Origin: Patescibacteria group bacterium
Lineage (GTDB): Bacteria > Patescibacteriota > Microgenomatia > PFEM01 > JAHIFH01
DNA length: 59,331 bases
Reading direction: 5' to 3'
Assembly (NCBI GenBank): GCA_035529375.1
Contig: DATKWU010000004.1
Span: forward strand, 1-59,331
This document shows positions 1-8,932 of the stretch, one piece after another. The first letter of the stretch is position 1. The number at the start of each line of letters is the position of its first letter. The notes beneath the pieces were generated by a model. That model saw only the letters and a program-made list of their open reading frames with translations. It was not told where the DNA came from and made no database searches. The translations under genes were made by a program, and so were the position numbers.

Positions 1-594
1 TTAAAAAAAAAGAAGCTTTGGCCCAAGAAAATTATTCTGCCAATTTTAGTTATCTATCTAATTGGGATTCTTTATTTAATTCTTCCCAGTTCTAAGATTC
101 CTGATTTAGAACCGGCTTTAAAATCAATTGAACCAGGGGACACGGTTCAGATTCCTGGGGTCTCCGCTTATTACACCAATCTTTCTCGCCGGGAAGCGAT
201 TGCTTTTTTTGAAAAAGCTTTTTCTCATTCTTCTTTTTTCAATTTGCCTTTAGTCACCTATCGTCTGAATCATCCACCGGAATATGCCCGCGAAACCATT
301 AAAGACACCCTTCAAACAAATTTTTACGAAGAATTGATTCATCCTTTAAGGGAATCTCTTTTTATTAGCGGCTGGATTCCGGGTGAAGACGAAGTCTATC
401 TTTCCAAAAGTATTAAACCGATTACTGATTTTACTATTGAGGGTCAGAATTTTACCGCCAAAATTACCCTTTTCCGGGTCGAGTCACCGATTTGGGCAAG
501 ATTGTTAATTTGGACAGGGATTATTCTGGTTGCTTCAGTTTTAGCCTGGTTTATTGTTAAAATCATTCGCTCACCATGGCTAAAAAGAAAATAA
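1..594 (+). CDS. Hypothetical membrane-anchored protein, 5'-truncated by window edge
   Basis: Frame of the 244..594 ORF is open back to base 1 (LKKKKLWPKKIILPILVIYLIGILYLILP...), giving an N-terminal TM helix; a second TM lies near the C-terminus; overlaps the next GT2 start. Confidence 0.75.
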   Translation, partial: LKKKKLWPKKIILPILVIYLIGILYLILPSSKIPDLEPALKSIEPGDTVQIPGVSAYYTNLSRREAIAFFEKAFSHSSFFNLPLVTYRLNHPPEYARETIKDTLQTNFYEELIHPLRESLFISGWIPGEDEVYLSKSIKPITDFTIEGQNFTAKITLFRVESPIWARLLIWTGIILVASVLAWFIVKIIRSPWLKRK

Positions 595-1457
595 TTTCGG
601 TTATCATTCTTTCCTGGAACACCAAAAAAATCCTAGAGAATTGTCTCCAGTCTCTTTTCAATTTCCAACCCGATCCTTATGAACTGGAAGTGATTGTGGT
701 TGATAATGCTTCGACTGATGGTTCACCAGCGATGATTAAAAAGAAATTCAGACAAGTCAAACTAATTGAGAACAAGGAGAATCTTGGCTTTACCAAGGGT
801 AATAACCAGGGAATGAAAAAAGCCAGAGGTGATTATCTGCTCATTCTTAATTCAGACACTTTGATTAAAGACAAGGCACCGGTCAAGATGGCGCGTTTCC
901 TGGAAAACAATGATCAAGTTGGTGTCGTTGGTTGCAAGCTTCTTAATTCTGATGGGACTAACCAACCCTCTTATGGCCCTTTTCCTCATCTAAGAATTGC
1001 CATGGTCATGCTTTTTGCCGAACATTGGCTGGGCGGTCACTTGGTTCGCCGGAGTGGGGAAAAGACAGTGGAAGCTGATTGGGTGATGGCGTCGGCTTTG
1101 ATGATTAGAAAAGAGGTCATTAAAAGAGTAGGGATGTTTGACGAAAAGATTTTTATGTACATGGAGGAAACAGAATGGTGTTATCGAATCAAAAAAGCCG
1201 GTTACCAAGTTATTTTTTATCCAGAGGCTAGGATTACTCATTTGGAACGAGCCAGTTCCGTCACCGGCCGGAAAGACCCGATCTTGAATATTTATCGAGG
1301 CTTAATCTATTTCTATAAGAAACATTATCCTGCTTGGCAGTTACCGGTTTTACGTTTGATGTTAAAATTAAAGGCAGGCGGAGCCCTCTTGCTTGGTTAT
1401 TTAATTAAGAAACAGTATCTTAAGGAAACTTATGGCGAAGCTTTTAAAATCGCTTAA
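576..1457 (+). CDS. Glycosyltransferase family 2 (GT2, WbbL/rhamnosyltransferase-like)
   Basis: ISVIILSWN, VIVVDNASTDGS, NLGF..GNNQG, LNSD, FMYMEETEWCYR motifs. Confidence 0.92.
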   Translation: MAKKKIISVIILSWNTKKILENCLQSLFNFQPDPYELEVIVVDNASTDGSPAMIKKKFRQVKLIENKENLGFTKGNNQGMKKARGDYLLILNSDTLIKDKAPVKMARFLENNDQVGVVGCKLLNSDGTNQPSYGPFPHLRIAMVMLFAEHWLGGHLVRRSGEKTVEADWVMASALMIRKEVIKRVGMFDEKIFMYMEETEWCYRIKKAGYQVIFYPEARITHLERASSVTGRKDPILNIYRGLIYFYKKHYPAWQLPVLRLMLKLKAGGALLLGYLIKKQYLKETYGEAFKIA

Positions 1458-2877
1458 AGAAACCAACTGGCTGTCCTTAGCGGTCATTGTTTTGTTTATC
1501 TTTATTCCTTTGTATCCCAAATTTCCTTTGGTCAATGTCCCGGGGACTTACGTGGCCATTAGGGTTGAAGACCTTTTGGTGATGGCGATTGTTTTATTCT
1601 GGTTGGCTTTGGAAATCAAGAATGGTTTTCCGGTGCTTCGGGACCGGGTCAGTCAGTTAATTCTCCTTTATCTGGCAATTGGCGGTCTGTCTTTTTTCAG
1701 CGCTCTTTTGATTACTAAAAACATTTCCTCTCATTTAGCCTTGCTTCATTGGTTCCGGCGTTTTGAGTACATGTCGCTTTTCTTTGTGGCCTATGCTTCG
1801 GTTAAAGAAATGAGAAACGTGGTTTCCTATGCTTGGGCGATTCTTCTGGCGACGATTGGGGTAGTGATCTATGGCTTGGGCCAAAAGTTTTTTGCCTGGC
1901 CCGTGGTCTCGACTATGAACGAAGAATTTTCCAAGGGTTTACTGCTCCAATTAAGTGAGTGGGCGAGGGTCAATTCCACTTTTGCGGGTCACTATGATTT
2001 AGCTGCCTATTTGGTGATGATTCTGGCTTTAACCATTGGTTTGATGGTTGGTCTGAAGAAAAAAGCCAGCAAGGTGGCCGTTGGCTTGGTTGGTTTTTTC
2101 AGTCTTTATCTTTTGGTTCTGACGGCTTCCCGAGTTTCTTTTATTGCCTATTTAATGGCGATGGTTCTCATTCTGATTAGCTTAAAGAAGTATTGGTGGG
2201 TGGGACCGGTGCTGGCGGTCAGTCTAATGTTGGTTTTTCTTTCGGCGGACTTTGTTCAACGTTACGCCACCACTTTTAACATTGATCTTTCCGCTCTTTC
2301 GACTCGGATTAAACTTTTTGAACAAGCCAAGGAAGAGGCAATTATCCAAACACCGGTGACTGAAGAAGAACCGAAAGGAACGGTAGCCCAGCGGCCCAAG
2401 CCTTCACCCAAAGCCAAAAAAGAAGCAGAAGAAGCGACAGTCACGGCTGAAGCCTGGAAGCCGACCACTGAGATGGCGGTTGAATATTCCAGCGGGATTC
2501 GTTTTAATGTTGAATGGCCCAGGTCCCTTAGAGCTTTTGCCAAAAATCCTTTGTTAGGGACGGGCTATTCTTCGGTGACTTTGGCCACGGATAATGACTA
2601 TTTGCGGATTTTGGCGGAAACCGGTCTGCTTGGTTTTCTTTCCTTTTGGTTGATCTTTTTAGAAATTGGTCGAAGGGTAATCTTGTTTTTCCAAAAAGAA
2701 AAGAAGACCTTTGCTAAGGCAATGGTCGTTGCTCTGGCCGGGGCGGCGATTGGTTTGTTTGCTAATGCGATTTTCATTGATGTTTTTGAAGCCTCCAAAG
2801 TCGCTTTTGTTTTCTGGCTCTTAATGGGCACTTTAATGGGTTTAATGGCTTTAAAGCCAGTCAAACTAAAAACATGA
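1432..2877 (+). CDS. O-antigen ligase/Wzy-like polymerase family membrane protein
   Basis: About 10-12 TM segments, RVNSTF, LTASRVS, NPLLGTG, DNDYLRILAETGLLG motifs; located in a glycan cluster. Confidence 0.8.
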   Translation: MAKLLKSLKETNWLSLAVIVLFIFIPLYPKFPLVNVPGTYVAIRVEDLLVMAIVLFWLALEIKNGFPVLRDRVSQLILLYLAIGGLSFFSALLITKNISSHLALLHWFRRFEYMSLFFVAYASVKEMRNVVSYAWAILLATIGVVIYGLGQKFFAWPVVSTMNEEFSKGLLLQLSEWARVNSTFAGHYDLAAYLVMILALTIGLMVGLKKKASKVAVGLVGFFSLYLLVLTASRVSFIAYLMAMVLILISLKKYWWVGPVLAVSLMLVFLSADFVQRYATTFNIDLSALSTRIKLFEQAKEEAIIQTPVTEEEPKGTVAQRPKPSPKAKKEAEEATVTAEAWKPTTEMAVEYSSGIRFNVEWPRSLRAFAKNPLLGTGYSSVTLATDNDYLRILAETGLLGFLSFWLIFLEIGRRVILFFQKEKKTFAKAMVVALAGAAIGLFANAIFIDVFEASKVAFVFWLLMGTLMGLMALKPVKLKT

Positions 2878-4346
2878 GAAAAATTATGACCCAGCCCTGG
2901 TTTCTCTTAGGCCTAATTTTACTTTTGGGTTTAGGTTTGCGCTTGTACAAAATCGACATTCCTTTGGCCGACCACCATTCCTGGCGGCAGGCCGATACCG
3001 CGGCCGTAGCCCGGAATTTTATTAAAGAAGGTTTTGATTTCTTTCATCCCCAAATTGACAATATGGCGCCGATTGCCAAAGAAATGGTTTTTAACCCCCA
3101 GCGCTATTTCTTGGTTGAACCGCCCATTTACCAAACCTTGGTGGCCGGGGTCTATGCTCTTTTTGGCGTCCAAGAAAAATTCGCCCGTTTAGTGACCATT
3201 GGTTTTTCTTTGGCCGCCATTGGTTTTCTTTATTTATTGGTCAAAAAATTAATTAATCAAAGGGTGGGTTTATTAGCCGCCTTTTTCATGGCGATTCTGC
3301 CTTACAGTGTTTATTATTCCCGGGTGGTTCTGCCGGATATGGAAATGCTTTTCACCTCGATGGCCATGCTCTATTGCTTCATTCTTTGGTTGGAGAAACA
3401 AACCTGGCAACGTTTTGCTTTGGCTGTCCTTTTTGCGGCCTGGGCTTTAACTCTAAAAATGTTTCCTTTGTTTTTAGGCATCCCTCTGTTTTATTTAGTC
3501 TGGCGTCGGTGGGGCTTCAATTTTATTCGCCAAAAGAAATTATATTTATTTCTCGCTCTGGCGCTTTTGCCTTTAATGGCCTGGCGGCTTTGGATTACCC
3601 AATTTCCAGAAGGGATTCCGGCCAATATCTGGTTATTCAATCTTTACGGGATTCGCTTTCGGCCGGCTTTTTTCCGTTGGATTTTTGCGGAAAGAATCGG
3701 CAAATTAATTCTGGGTTATTGGGGTCTGCCTTTGTTGGTTTTAGGTCTAATGCTTAAACCTAGCAAAAAAGAGGGCTGGTTTTTTTATTGGTGGCTGCTG
3801 GCTTTTCTGGCTTACGTCACCGTTTTTGCGACCGGCAATGTCACCCATGATTATTACCAGATTCCTTTTATCCCGATAGCCGCGGTTTTCTTGGCCAAAG
3901 GGACTGCTTGGCTCTTAAAAGCCTCTAAACAATCCTTTTCCAAGATGATTAGCTATCTTGTAATTGCCATCTGTATTCTTTTTATGTTTGGCTTTTCCTG
4001 GTATGAGATTGAAAGTTTTTATCTGATTCAAGGCGGCGTTGATTTGGCCGGTTTGGCGGTTGATGAACTTTTGCCTCAAAACGCCCTAATTTTGACCGGT
4101 GATTCCAATGACGCCACCCTTTTGTACAATACCAATCGCTATGGCTGGACCGGCGGTTATGCTTCTAATATTCCCAATGAAAAGGAAGCCTTTAACAAAG
4201 CCAGGGAAAGAGGGGCGGAATATTACGTCACCACCAAAGTCAACGAATTAAAAAACACTGAGTTTGGCCAATTTCTTAATGAATCGAAATTAATTAAAGA
4301 AACCGACCAATACGTTATCTTTGATATCCGACTTAATCGCCAATGA
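2874..4346 (+). CDS. GT-C fold membrane glycosyltransferase (ArnT/PMT-like, GT39/83)
   Basis: Multi-TM, WRQADTAAVARNF, EPPIYQ, YYSRVVLPD, HDYYQIP motifs. Confidence 0.8.
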   Translation: MRKIMTQPWFLLGLILLLGLGLRLYKIDIPLADHHSWRQADTAAVARNFIKEGFDFFHPQIDNMAPIAKEMVFNPQRYFLVEPPIYQTLVAGVYALFGVQEKFARLVTIGFSLAAIGFLYLLVKKLINQRVGLLAAFFMAILPYSVYYSRVVLPDMEMLFTSMAMLYCFILWLEKQTWQRFALAVLFAAWALTLKMFPLFLGIPLFYLVWRRWGFNFIRQKKLYLFLALALLPLMAWRLWITQFPEGIPANIWLFNLYGIRFRPAFFRWIFAERIGKLILGYWGLPLLVLGLMLKPSKKEGWFFYWWLLAFLAYVTVFATGNVTHDYYQIPFIPIAAVFLAKGTAWLLKASKQSFSKMISYLVIAICILFMFGFSWYEIESFYLIQGGVDLAGLAVDELLPQNALILTGDSNDATLLYNTNRYGWTGGYASNIPNEKEAFNKARERGAEYYVTTKVNELKNTEFGQFLNESKLIKETDQYVIFDIRLNRQ

Positions 4347-5548
4347 AAATTTTAATGCTCACTTCTTATCTGCCTTACCCGCCTTCCTCTGGCGGTCAGG
4401 TTCGCTCCTATAATTTAATTAAAAATCTAGCCAAGAAACACCAGATTTCTCTTTTTGCCTTAATCAAGGATGAAGCCGAAAGAAAACACGTCAAAGAATT
4501 AGAAAAGTTTTGTCATAAAGTCAGGATTTTTAGGAGGCCAGAACGCCCTTGGATGTTAACTAACATTCTGAAGACTGGTTTTGGTTTTTACCCCTTTTTG
4601 GTGGTTAGGAATTCTTCGGTTGAAGAAAAAAAAGCTTTGGCCGAAGAATTAGAAAAAGAAACCTATGATCTGATTCACGCTGAGAATTTTTACGTCATGC
4701 CCCATATTCCCAAAACCAAGATTCCCATTCTTTTAACCGAACAAACCATTTTTTACCAGGTCTACCGCCATTATGTCGCCACTTTACCCTGGTATCTTTT
4801 TTTCCTGAAAATCGTTTTAATCATTGATATTCTCAAACTAAAATATTGGGAGTCTTACTACTGGCGCCAGGCCAATTATTTGGCGGCGGTTTCTGAAGAC
4901 GATATCAATTACATTAAAAAAGTCATTCCTGGCAGAAAAGTTTTTCTCATTCCCAATGGGGTTGATTTTGAATTCTATAGTCAAAAAAAATATCCCAAAA
5001 ACAAACAGGCTACCCTTCTTTTTGGCGCCGCCGACTTTCACTGGATGCAGAACACAGAGGGCGCCAAACTTTTAATTGAAAAAGTCTGGCCAATTATCAA
5101 AGAAAAAAACCAAGCGGTTAAACTCTGGATTGTGGGCAAGATTGCGTCCGAAGCCTTGGCTTCATACGTGGGTAAGGAAAGAATTGTTATCCAGGAGATA
5201 AAGGACAGTCGGGAAGCTTACCAGCGCTCCTGGGTTTTAGTCGCGCCGATGCGCAGTGGCGGCGGCAGTCGGACCAAGTTTTTTGAAGCGATGGCTTCGG
5301 GTTTACCAATCGTCACCACCTCTGAAGGGGTTGAGGGCATCAAAGCCAAGGATAAAGAAGAGATTTTTGTTGAAAATGATTTGGGTCTTTTAGCGGAAAA
5401 GGTGCTGATGCTTTTAGAAGATAAGGATTTAGCCAAAAAGGTTGGTCAAAAGGCCAGGGAATTGGTTAAAGAGCAATACAGTTGGAATAAAAGTGCCCAA
5501 GCTTTAGACAAAGCTTACCAGGAGGTTGCCAGTGGCCAAAAAAATTGA
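4343..5548 (+). CDS. Glycosyltransferase family 4
   Basis: LPYPPSSGGQVRSYN, IPNGVD, KFFEAMASGLPIVTT. Confidence 0.9.
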   Translation: MKILMLTSYLPYPPSSGGQVRSYNLIKNLAKKHQISLFALIKDEAERKHVKELEKFCHKVRIFRRPERPWMLTNILKTGFGFYPFLVVRNSSVEEKKALAEELEKETYDLIHAENFYVMPHIPKTKIPILLTEQTIFYQVYRHYVATLPWYLFFLKIVLIIDILKLKYWESYYWRQANYLAAVSEDDINYIKKVIPGRKVFLIPNGVDFEFYSQKKYPKNKQATLLFGAADFHWMQNTEGAKLLIEKVWPIIKEKNQAVKLWIVGKIASEALASYVGKERIVIQEIKDSREAYQRSWVLVAPMRSGGGSRTKFFEAMASGLPIVTTSEGVEGIKAKDKEEIFVENDLGLLAEKVLMLLEDKDLAKKVGQKARELVKEQYSWNKSAQALDKAYQEVASGQKN

Positions 5549-6443
5549 TCTCTCGATTATCATTCTTAGCCATAATACTAAAGAACTCTTGGAAAAGTGT
5601 TTAATGGCGGTTGGTAAAGCCGAAGAAAACGATTATTCTTTTAAAACAATTGTGGTTGACAATGCTTCGACTGATGGCTCAGCCAAAATGGTGAAACAAG
5701 AATTTCCTGGGGTAGACTTAATGATCAGTAAAAAGAATCTTGGCTTTTCTGGGGGTAACAACCTAGGTTTAAAAAGGGCCGCCGGCAAGTTTACTCTGTT
5801 TCTAAACTCAGATACAGAAATCAAACCTGATTCCCTTATAAAAATGATTAAGTTTATGGGGAGCGATAACAAGATTGGGGCAATTACTCCCAAAGCCCTT
5901 TTAGTCTCTGGGGGTATGGATCCCGATTGTCATCGGGGTTTTCCCACTCCCTGGGCTTCGATTACTTATTTCTTAGGTTTGGAAAAATTCTTTCCCAAGA
6001 GCAGGTTTTTTGGTCAATACCATCAATTCTATCTTGATTTGGACAAAGCCCATGAAATTGATGCCGGTTTTGGCACCTTTATGTTTGTTCGGAGAAAGGC
6101 TTTAGAGGAAGTCGGCCGTTGGGATGAGTCCTATTTCTTTTACGGTGAAGATCTGGATTTGTTTTACCGAATCAAAAAAGCCGGTTGGAAGAACATGTTT
6201 TATCCGGAAGTCCTTTTAAAACATCACAAAGGCGCTAGTTCCGGTTTAAGAAAAGAATCAAGAGAAATTACCCAAGTGACTCGGGAAACAAGGATAAAAG
6301 TCGCCAAGGCTTCAACCCAGGCAATGGAAATCTTTTACAGAAAATTTTACAAGGATAAGTATCCTTTTTGGTTGACTTTCCTGGTAATTACTGCCATCAA
6401 ATTACTGGGTTTTTTAAGATTACTGCTTCATCGCTTTAAATGA
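5532..6443 (+). CDS. Glycosyltransferase family 2
   Basis: LSIIILSHN, VVDNASTDGS, LNSD, YGEDLDL; start placed at GTG 5532 after SD ggagg 5521-5525. Confidence 0.92.
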   Translation: MAKKIDLSIIILSHNTKELLEKCLMAVGKAEENDYSFKTIVVDNASTDGSAKMVKQEFPGVDLMISKKNLGFSGGNNLGLKRAAGKFTLFLNSDTEIKPDSLIKMIKFMGSDNKIGAITPKALLVSGGMDPDCHRGFPTPWASITYFLGLEKFFPKSRFFGQYHQFYLDLDKAHEIDAGFGTFMFVRRKALEEVGRWDESYFFYGEDLDLFYRIKKAGWKNMFYPEVLLKHHKGASSGLRKESREITQVTRETRIKVAKASTQAMEIFYRKFYKDKYPFWLTFLVITAIKLLGFLRLLLHRFK

Positions 6444-7576
6444 CTAAACCAATGAAAATCGTTATTGACGCTAGGATGTATGGGCTGGAACACGCGGGGA
6501 TTGGCCGTTATATTCTTAATTTAATCAATCAAATTGAAAAAATTGATGAAAAAAATGATTATTTTATCTTATTAAGAAAAAAATATTATCAAAAATTAGA
6601 ATTCAAAAACAAAAGGTTTCATAAAATCCTGGCTGATTGGCCTCATTACTCTTTTAAAGAACAATTTCTTTTACCAGGGATTTTAAGAAAGATTAAACCT
6701 GATCTCGTTCATTTTCCTCATTTCAATGTCCCCATTTTCTGGCAAGGGAAATATATTGTTACCATTCATGATTTAATCAAACACGAATCAAGAGGAAGGA
6801 AAACGACCACCAGATTATCTCTTTTTTACTGGCCCAAATATTGGGTTTACCAATTAATTGTTTTTCTGGCCATTAAAAGAGCGAAAAGAATTATTACCCC
6901 TAGTCAGTATTGGCAAAGAGAATTAGTTAAGAGATACAAAATCAAGCAAAACAAAATCGTGGTTACTTATGAAGGCGCCGGGGAGTTTGCCAACAAAAAA
7001 GCCAGTCTGAGTGGTGAAAAAGCTTTGAAAAAATATGGAATTACTAAACCTTTTATTATTTACACGGGTAGTCTTTACCCTCATAAAAACGTTTTCCGTT
7101 TAGTCCAAGCGGTTCAATTAATCAATAAAGAAAACAAAAACAATCTTTCTCTGGTGATTGCCAGTGCCAGAAATGTTTTTATGGAAAGGTTTAAAAAAGA
7201 AGTGGAAAAAACAAAAGGCTTAAACATGGTTATTCTGGCTGGTTTTGTGCCAGATGAAGAATTGATTGCTCTTTATCAAGAAGCCGAAGCTTTTGTCACT
7301 CCTTCACTCTTAGAAGGTTTTTGTTTGACTGGATTAGAAGCGATGGTGACTGGTTTGCCGGTGGTTTGTTCAAAAGCCAGTTGTTTACCAGAGATTTATG
7401 GTCAGGCCGCGGTTTATTTCAATCCTTTAGAAGTCAAAGATATGGCTGAAAGAATAGAAGAAGTAGTTGACAATAAGAAACTTCAACAAGAATTAAGCAA
7501 AAAGGGCTATCAACAAGTAAAAAAATATTCTTGGGAAAAGATGGCCAGGGAGACTTTAAGAGTTTACGAATCGTAA
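6440..7576 (+). CDS. Glycosyltransferase family 4 (mannosyltransferase-like)
   Basis: IDARMYG..HAGIGRY, HFPHFNVP, TIHDL, YTGSLYPHKN, EGFCLTGLEAM, KYSWEKMARETL. Confidence 0.92.
   Translation: MTKPMKIVIDARMYGLEHAGIGRYILNLINQIEKIDEKNDYFILLRKKYYQKLEFKNKRFHKILADWPHYSFKEQFLLPGILRKIKPDLVHFPHFNVPIFWQGKYIVTIHDLIKHESRGRKTTTRLSLFYWPKYWVYQLIVFLAIKRAKRIITPSQYWQRELVKRYKIKQNKIVVTYEGAGEFANKKASLSGEKALKKYGITKPFIIYTGSLYPHKNVFRLVQAVQLINKENKNNLSLVIASARNVFMERFKKEVEKTKGLNMVILAGFVPDEELIALYQEAEAFVTPSLLEGFCLTGLEAMVTGLPVVCSKASCLPEIYGQAAVYFNPLEVKDMAERIEEVVDNKKLQQELSKKGYQQVKKYSWEKMARETLRVYES
7515..7565 (+). repeat. Direct repeat copy 1: GT4 3' end (VKKYSWEKMARETLRV)
   Basis: 44/51 nt identical to 8284-8334; all 7 differences synonymous. 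Confidence 0.9.
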
Positions 7577-7623
7577 ATTTATCCAGAGAAACATTGCTTC
7601 CAAAAAACCAACTTTACTTTTCA

Positions 7624-7632
7624 TGCTATAAT
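7624..7632 (+). promoter_or_regulatory. Extended -10 promoter (TGcTATAAT) for the 7705 mini-gene
   Basis: tgctataat at 7624-7632; SD ggaggg upstream of ATG 7705. Confidence 0.65.
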
Positions 7633-7704
7633 TATAGGTAGAAATCCAAAGGGATGGCACTTTGTCAGACAAAAAATCCACGCAATTAGGATAGGAGGGT
7701 CGAG

Positions 7705-7899
7705 ATGTCAGGATATGACAAGAGTGATGCTGCGAAAGATACCGATTCGTCAAGCAGAGACGTTTCTCAAGCTTGGCACGACGCACGAGACGATGCTGTG
7801 GATAGCGGAGACCTTTCCCGCGGTGGTAGCACCCACTCCGATAGCGGAGACCGTGGTAGTGATGGGGAGAGCAGCGACCGCGGCTCAGACGACAAGTAG
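7705..7899 (+). CDS. 64-aa Asp/Ser/Gly-rich acidic orphan protein
   Basis: Own promoter, strong SD (aggataggagggtcgagATG), downstream terminator hairpin. Confidence 0.7.
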   Translation: MSGYDKSDAAKDTDSSSRDVSQAWHDARDDAVDSGDLSRGGSTHSDSGDRGSDGESSDRGSDDK

Positions 7900-7919
7900 T
7901 CGATCTTTGCTCCGGCAAA

Positions 7920-7961
7920 GGGCAGGAGTTTTTTCAGCCATCCCCTTTTTAACTCCTGCCC
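7920..7961 (+). terminator. Hairpin with 11-bp stem and 20-nt loop
   Basis: gggcaggagtt (7920-7930) / aactcctgccc (7951-7961). Confidence 0.75.
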
Positions 7962-7985
7962 CCATTTTTAAATCTTTTTAATAAA

Positions 7986-8345
7986 ATGACTCAAAAACAA
8001 GAAAAAGAACTAGTTAAAAAAGCTCGCCAAGGTAATAAAGAAGCCTTTACAGAATTAGCCCAAGAGGGCATCAGACTGGCAGTAAGTGTCGCCAAAAAAG
8101 AAGGCAAGGAAAAAGACTTCTTCAAATTAGCCAAAGCCGGTTTCTCTGGCTGGCTGATGGCTTTTGAAAAATATGATTTAAGCAAAGACTACAAACTCTC
8201 TACCTATTCCACCTGGTGGATCAGAGCCGCCATTAGAGAAGAACAAACAGGCGTCTCTATTCAAAAACAGGCGAAGAAAGAAAAAGTAAAAAAATACTCT
8301 TGGGAAAAGATGGCTAGAGAAACTCTGAGGGTTTGTAAAGAATGA
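7986..8345 (+). CDS. Sigma-70 region 1.2/2-only protein fused to a duplicated GT4 tail (possible remnant)
   Basis: EKYDLSKDYKLSTYSTWWIRAAI resembles sigma70 region 2.3-2.4 (KFSTYATWWIRQAI); no regions 3 or 4; last about 19 aa copy the GT4 C-terminus. Confidence 0.7.
   Translation: MTQKQEKELVKKARQGNKEAFTELAQEGIRLAVSVAKKEGKEKDFFKLAKAGFSGWLMAFEKYDLSKDYKLSTYSTWWIRAAIREEQTGVSIQKQAKKEKVKKYSWEKMARETLRVCKE
8284..8334 (+). repeat. Direct repeat copy 2: GT4 3' end
   Basis: See 7515-7565. Confidence 0.9.
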
Positions 8346-8374
8346 AACTAGAAATTTATCTAATAAAAGAAACA

Positions 8375-8428
8375 GAGCAGGTGAGTATGGTTTCGGCAAG
8401 AGCCAATTCCGGTGACTTCCACCTGCTC
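8375..8428. terminator. Large imperfect hairpin between convergent genes
   Basis: gagcaggtg (8375-8383) / cacctgctc (8420-8428) with inner stems. Confidence 0.6.
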
Positions 8429-8477
8429 GATAAGATCTGTCCTAGAAATCTAGAGAGAGTTTGCTTGTCAGCATTGA

Positions 8478-8753
8478 CTAGCCAAGTCGTTGGACAGCCT
8501 TTCGGATCTCTAGGTCAACATCCTCGACGCCCAGCGCCCTTAGGCCCTGTTTCAGCGCTTCGGCTGTTTCCGATAGGAACCGAGGTGGATTACATTCGAT
8601 TAGAGGAAGAGTGCTCAGTAGTTCAGCGATGCCGATCTGATTGGCAGTGGAAACGATGAGCGCTCTCCTCTGATCTTCAGGTAAGCCTTTAAGCACCTCT
8701 TTTGGGATGTAGTACTTAGCCCAACCTACCGCTACTAACACTTGTTCAGCCAT
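8478..8753 (-). CDS. 91-aa orphan protein
   Basis: Start reassigned to ATG 8753 (MAEQVLV) after SD gaggag; consensus promoter upstream. Confidence 0.7.
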   Translation of the reverse strand: MAEQVLVAVGWAKYYIPKEVLKGLPEDQRRALIVSTANQIGIAELLSTLPLIECNPPRFLSETAEALKQGLRALGVEDVDLEIRKAVQRLG

Positions 8754-8793
8754 CTCTTTCCTCCTCAATTCTCTTTCTCTAGGATTTTAAGTT

Positions 8794-8822
8794 ATTTTAA
8801 CAGAATAATAACAACGAGTCAA
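8794..8822 (-). promoter_or_regulatory. Sigma70 promoter TTGACT-17-TAAAAT
   Basis: Reverse complement of agtcaa 8817-8822 and atttta 8794-8799; 17-nt spacer. Confidence 0.7.
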
Positions 8823-8932
8823 ATATTATAGGATTTGAAAATTAATTTCCAGTGGGGTTTTGGATTTTTCTTTTGACCCAAAGCATTTGATTGTTGAAAC
8901 AATGGAGGAATGGTAAAATTAGAATTAGATTG

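Noticed and set aside
7715-7981. 88-aa ORF overlapping the 64-aa mini-gene
   Set aside because: The SD is spaced for ATG 7705, and this frame runs through the terminator hairpin; treated as a shadow.
8342-8659. 105-aa plus-strand ORF
   Set aside because: Antisense to the 8478-8753 gene, which has a consensus promoter and SD; it also crosses the 8375-8428 hairpin.
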